Shown: piece after piece, positions 63,661 to 64,000 of the stretch
Position numbering within the stretch: position 1 is the first letter of the stretch
Layout of the letters: each line of letters begins with the position of its first letter
Assembly: GCF_964213995.1 (NCBI RefSeq)
Contig: NC_135801.1
Span: 16,120,001-16,184,000, forward strand
Origin: Mustelus asterias
Taxonomy: Eukaryota
DNA length: 64,000 bases
Reading direction: 5' to 3'
Notes under the pieces: model-generated
Seen by the model: the letters and a program-made list of their open reading frames with translations, nothing else
What the model was told of the DNA's origin: nothing
Database searches by the model: none
Position numbers and translations under genes: made by a program

Positions 63661-64000
63661 GTAAGAAAACATTTATCTAATGTGAACAAATGTCACGAGC
63701 TGTTTTTGTAGATTCCAGAAGTCTATAGTGGTCTCAAAATGACATCGCTTTCTGGAGGCAATGATTAAATAAAGTTGTGACAATGCACCATGCCAGAGAA
63801 ATTCTGTTGATACAGATCAAAATGAATATATAAACTTGTTCTAAAATTTCCAGTACTACTATTCTGTATTGAAATTTGATATTCCATTGGAGTTGACAGG
63901 AGAGGTTGATGTGCTATATCTCATTATAGTTGAGTGTAATTTTACTTGGTCTTTCCCAGTGATTAGGAGCAAATGTACTGAATAGTGTTACTGTCAACTA

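Overview
Vertebrate genomic DNA. The V-SINE/HE1-like, DeuSINE, CR1 and Penelope-type repeat content points to a cartilaginous fish (shark); this is inferred, not proven. The window holds the conserved HPSE-HELQ-MRPS18C block: the first two coding exons of heparanase (minus strand, gene runs off the left edge), a complete 18-coding-exon HELQ helicase gene (minus strand, 12683-59122, 3297 nt spliced CDS = 1098 aa, all introns GT-AG with consistent phases), and the first two exons of a divergently transcribed MRPS18C. HELQ and MRPS18C share a CpG-rich promoter. Introns are dense with retroelements and MITEs. Main points for follow-up: (1) several minimal hammerhead-ribozyme motifs in two Penelope-like repeat families, including a U3-A8 compensatory variant about 40 nt into a HELQ intron in the sense orientation; (2) a mirror-image minisatellite pair in HPSE intron 1; (3) a tandem repeat that grows out of the HELQ C-terminus and supplies its stop codon; (4) a 34-bp-period array of NRF1-like sites in the bidirectional promoter. 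Exon boundaries were read base by base; repeat boundaries are approximate and repeat family names come from recognition, not database search.
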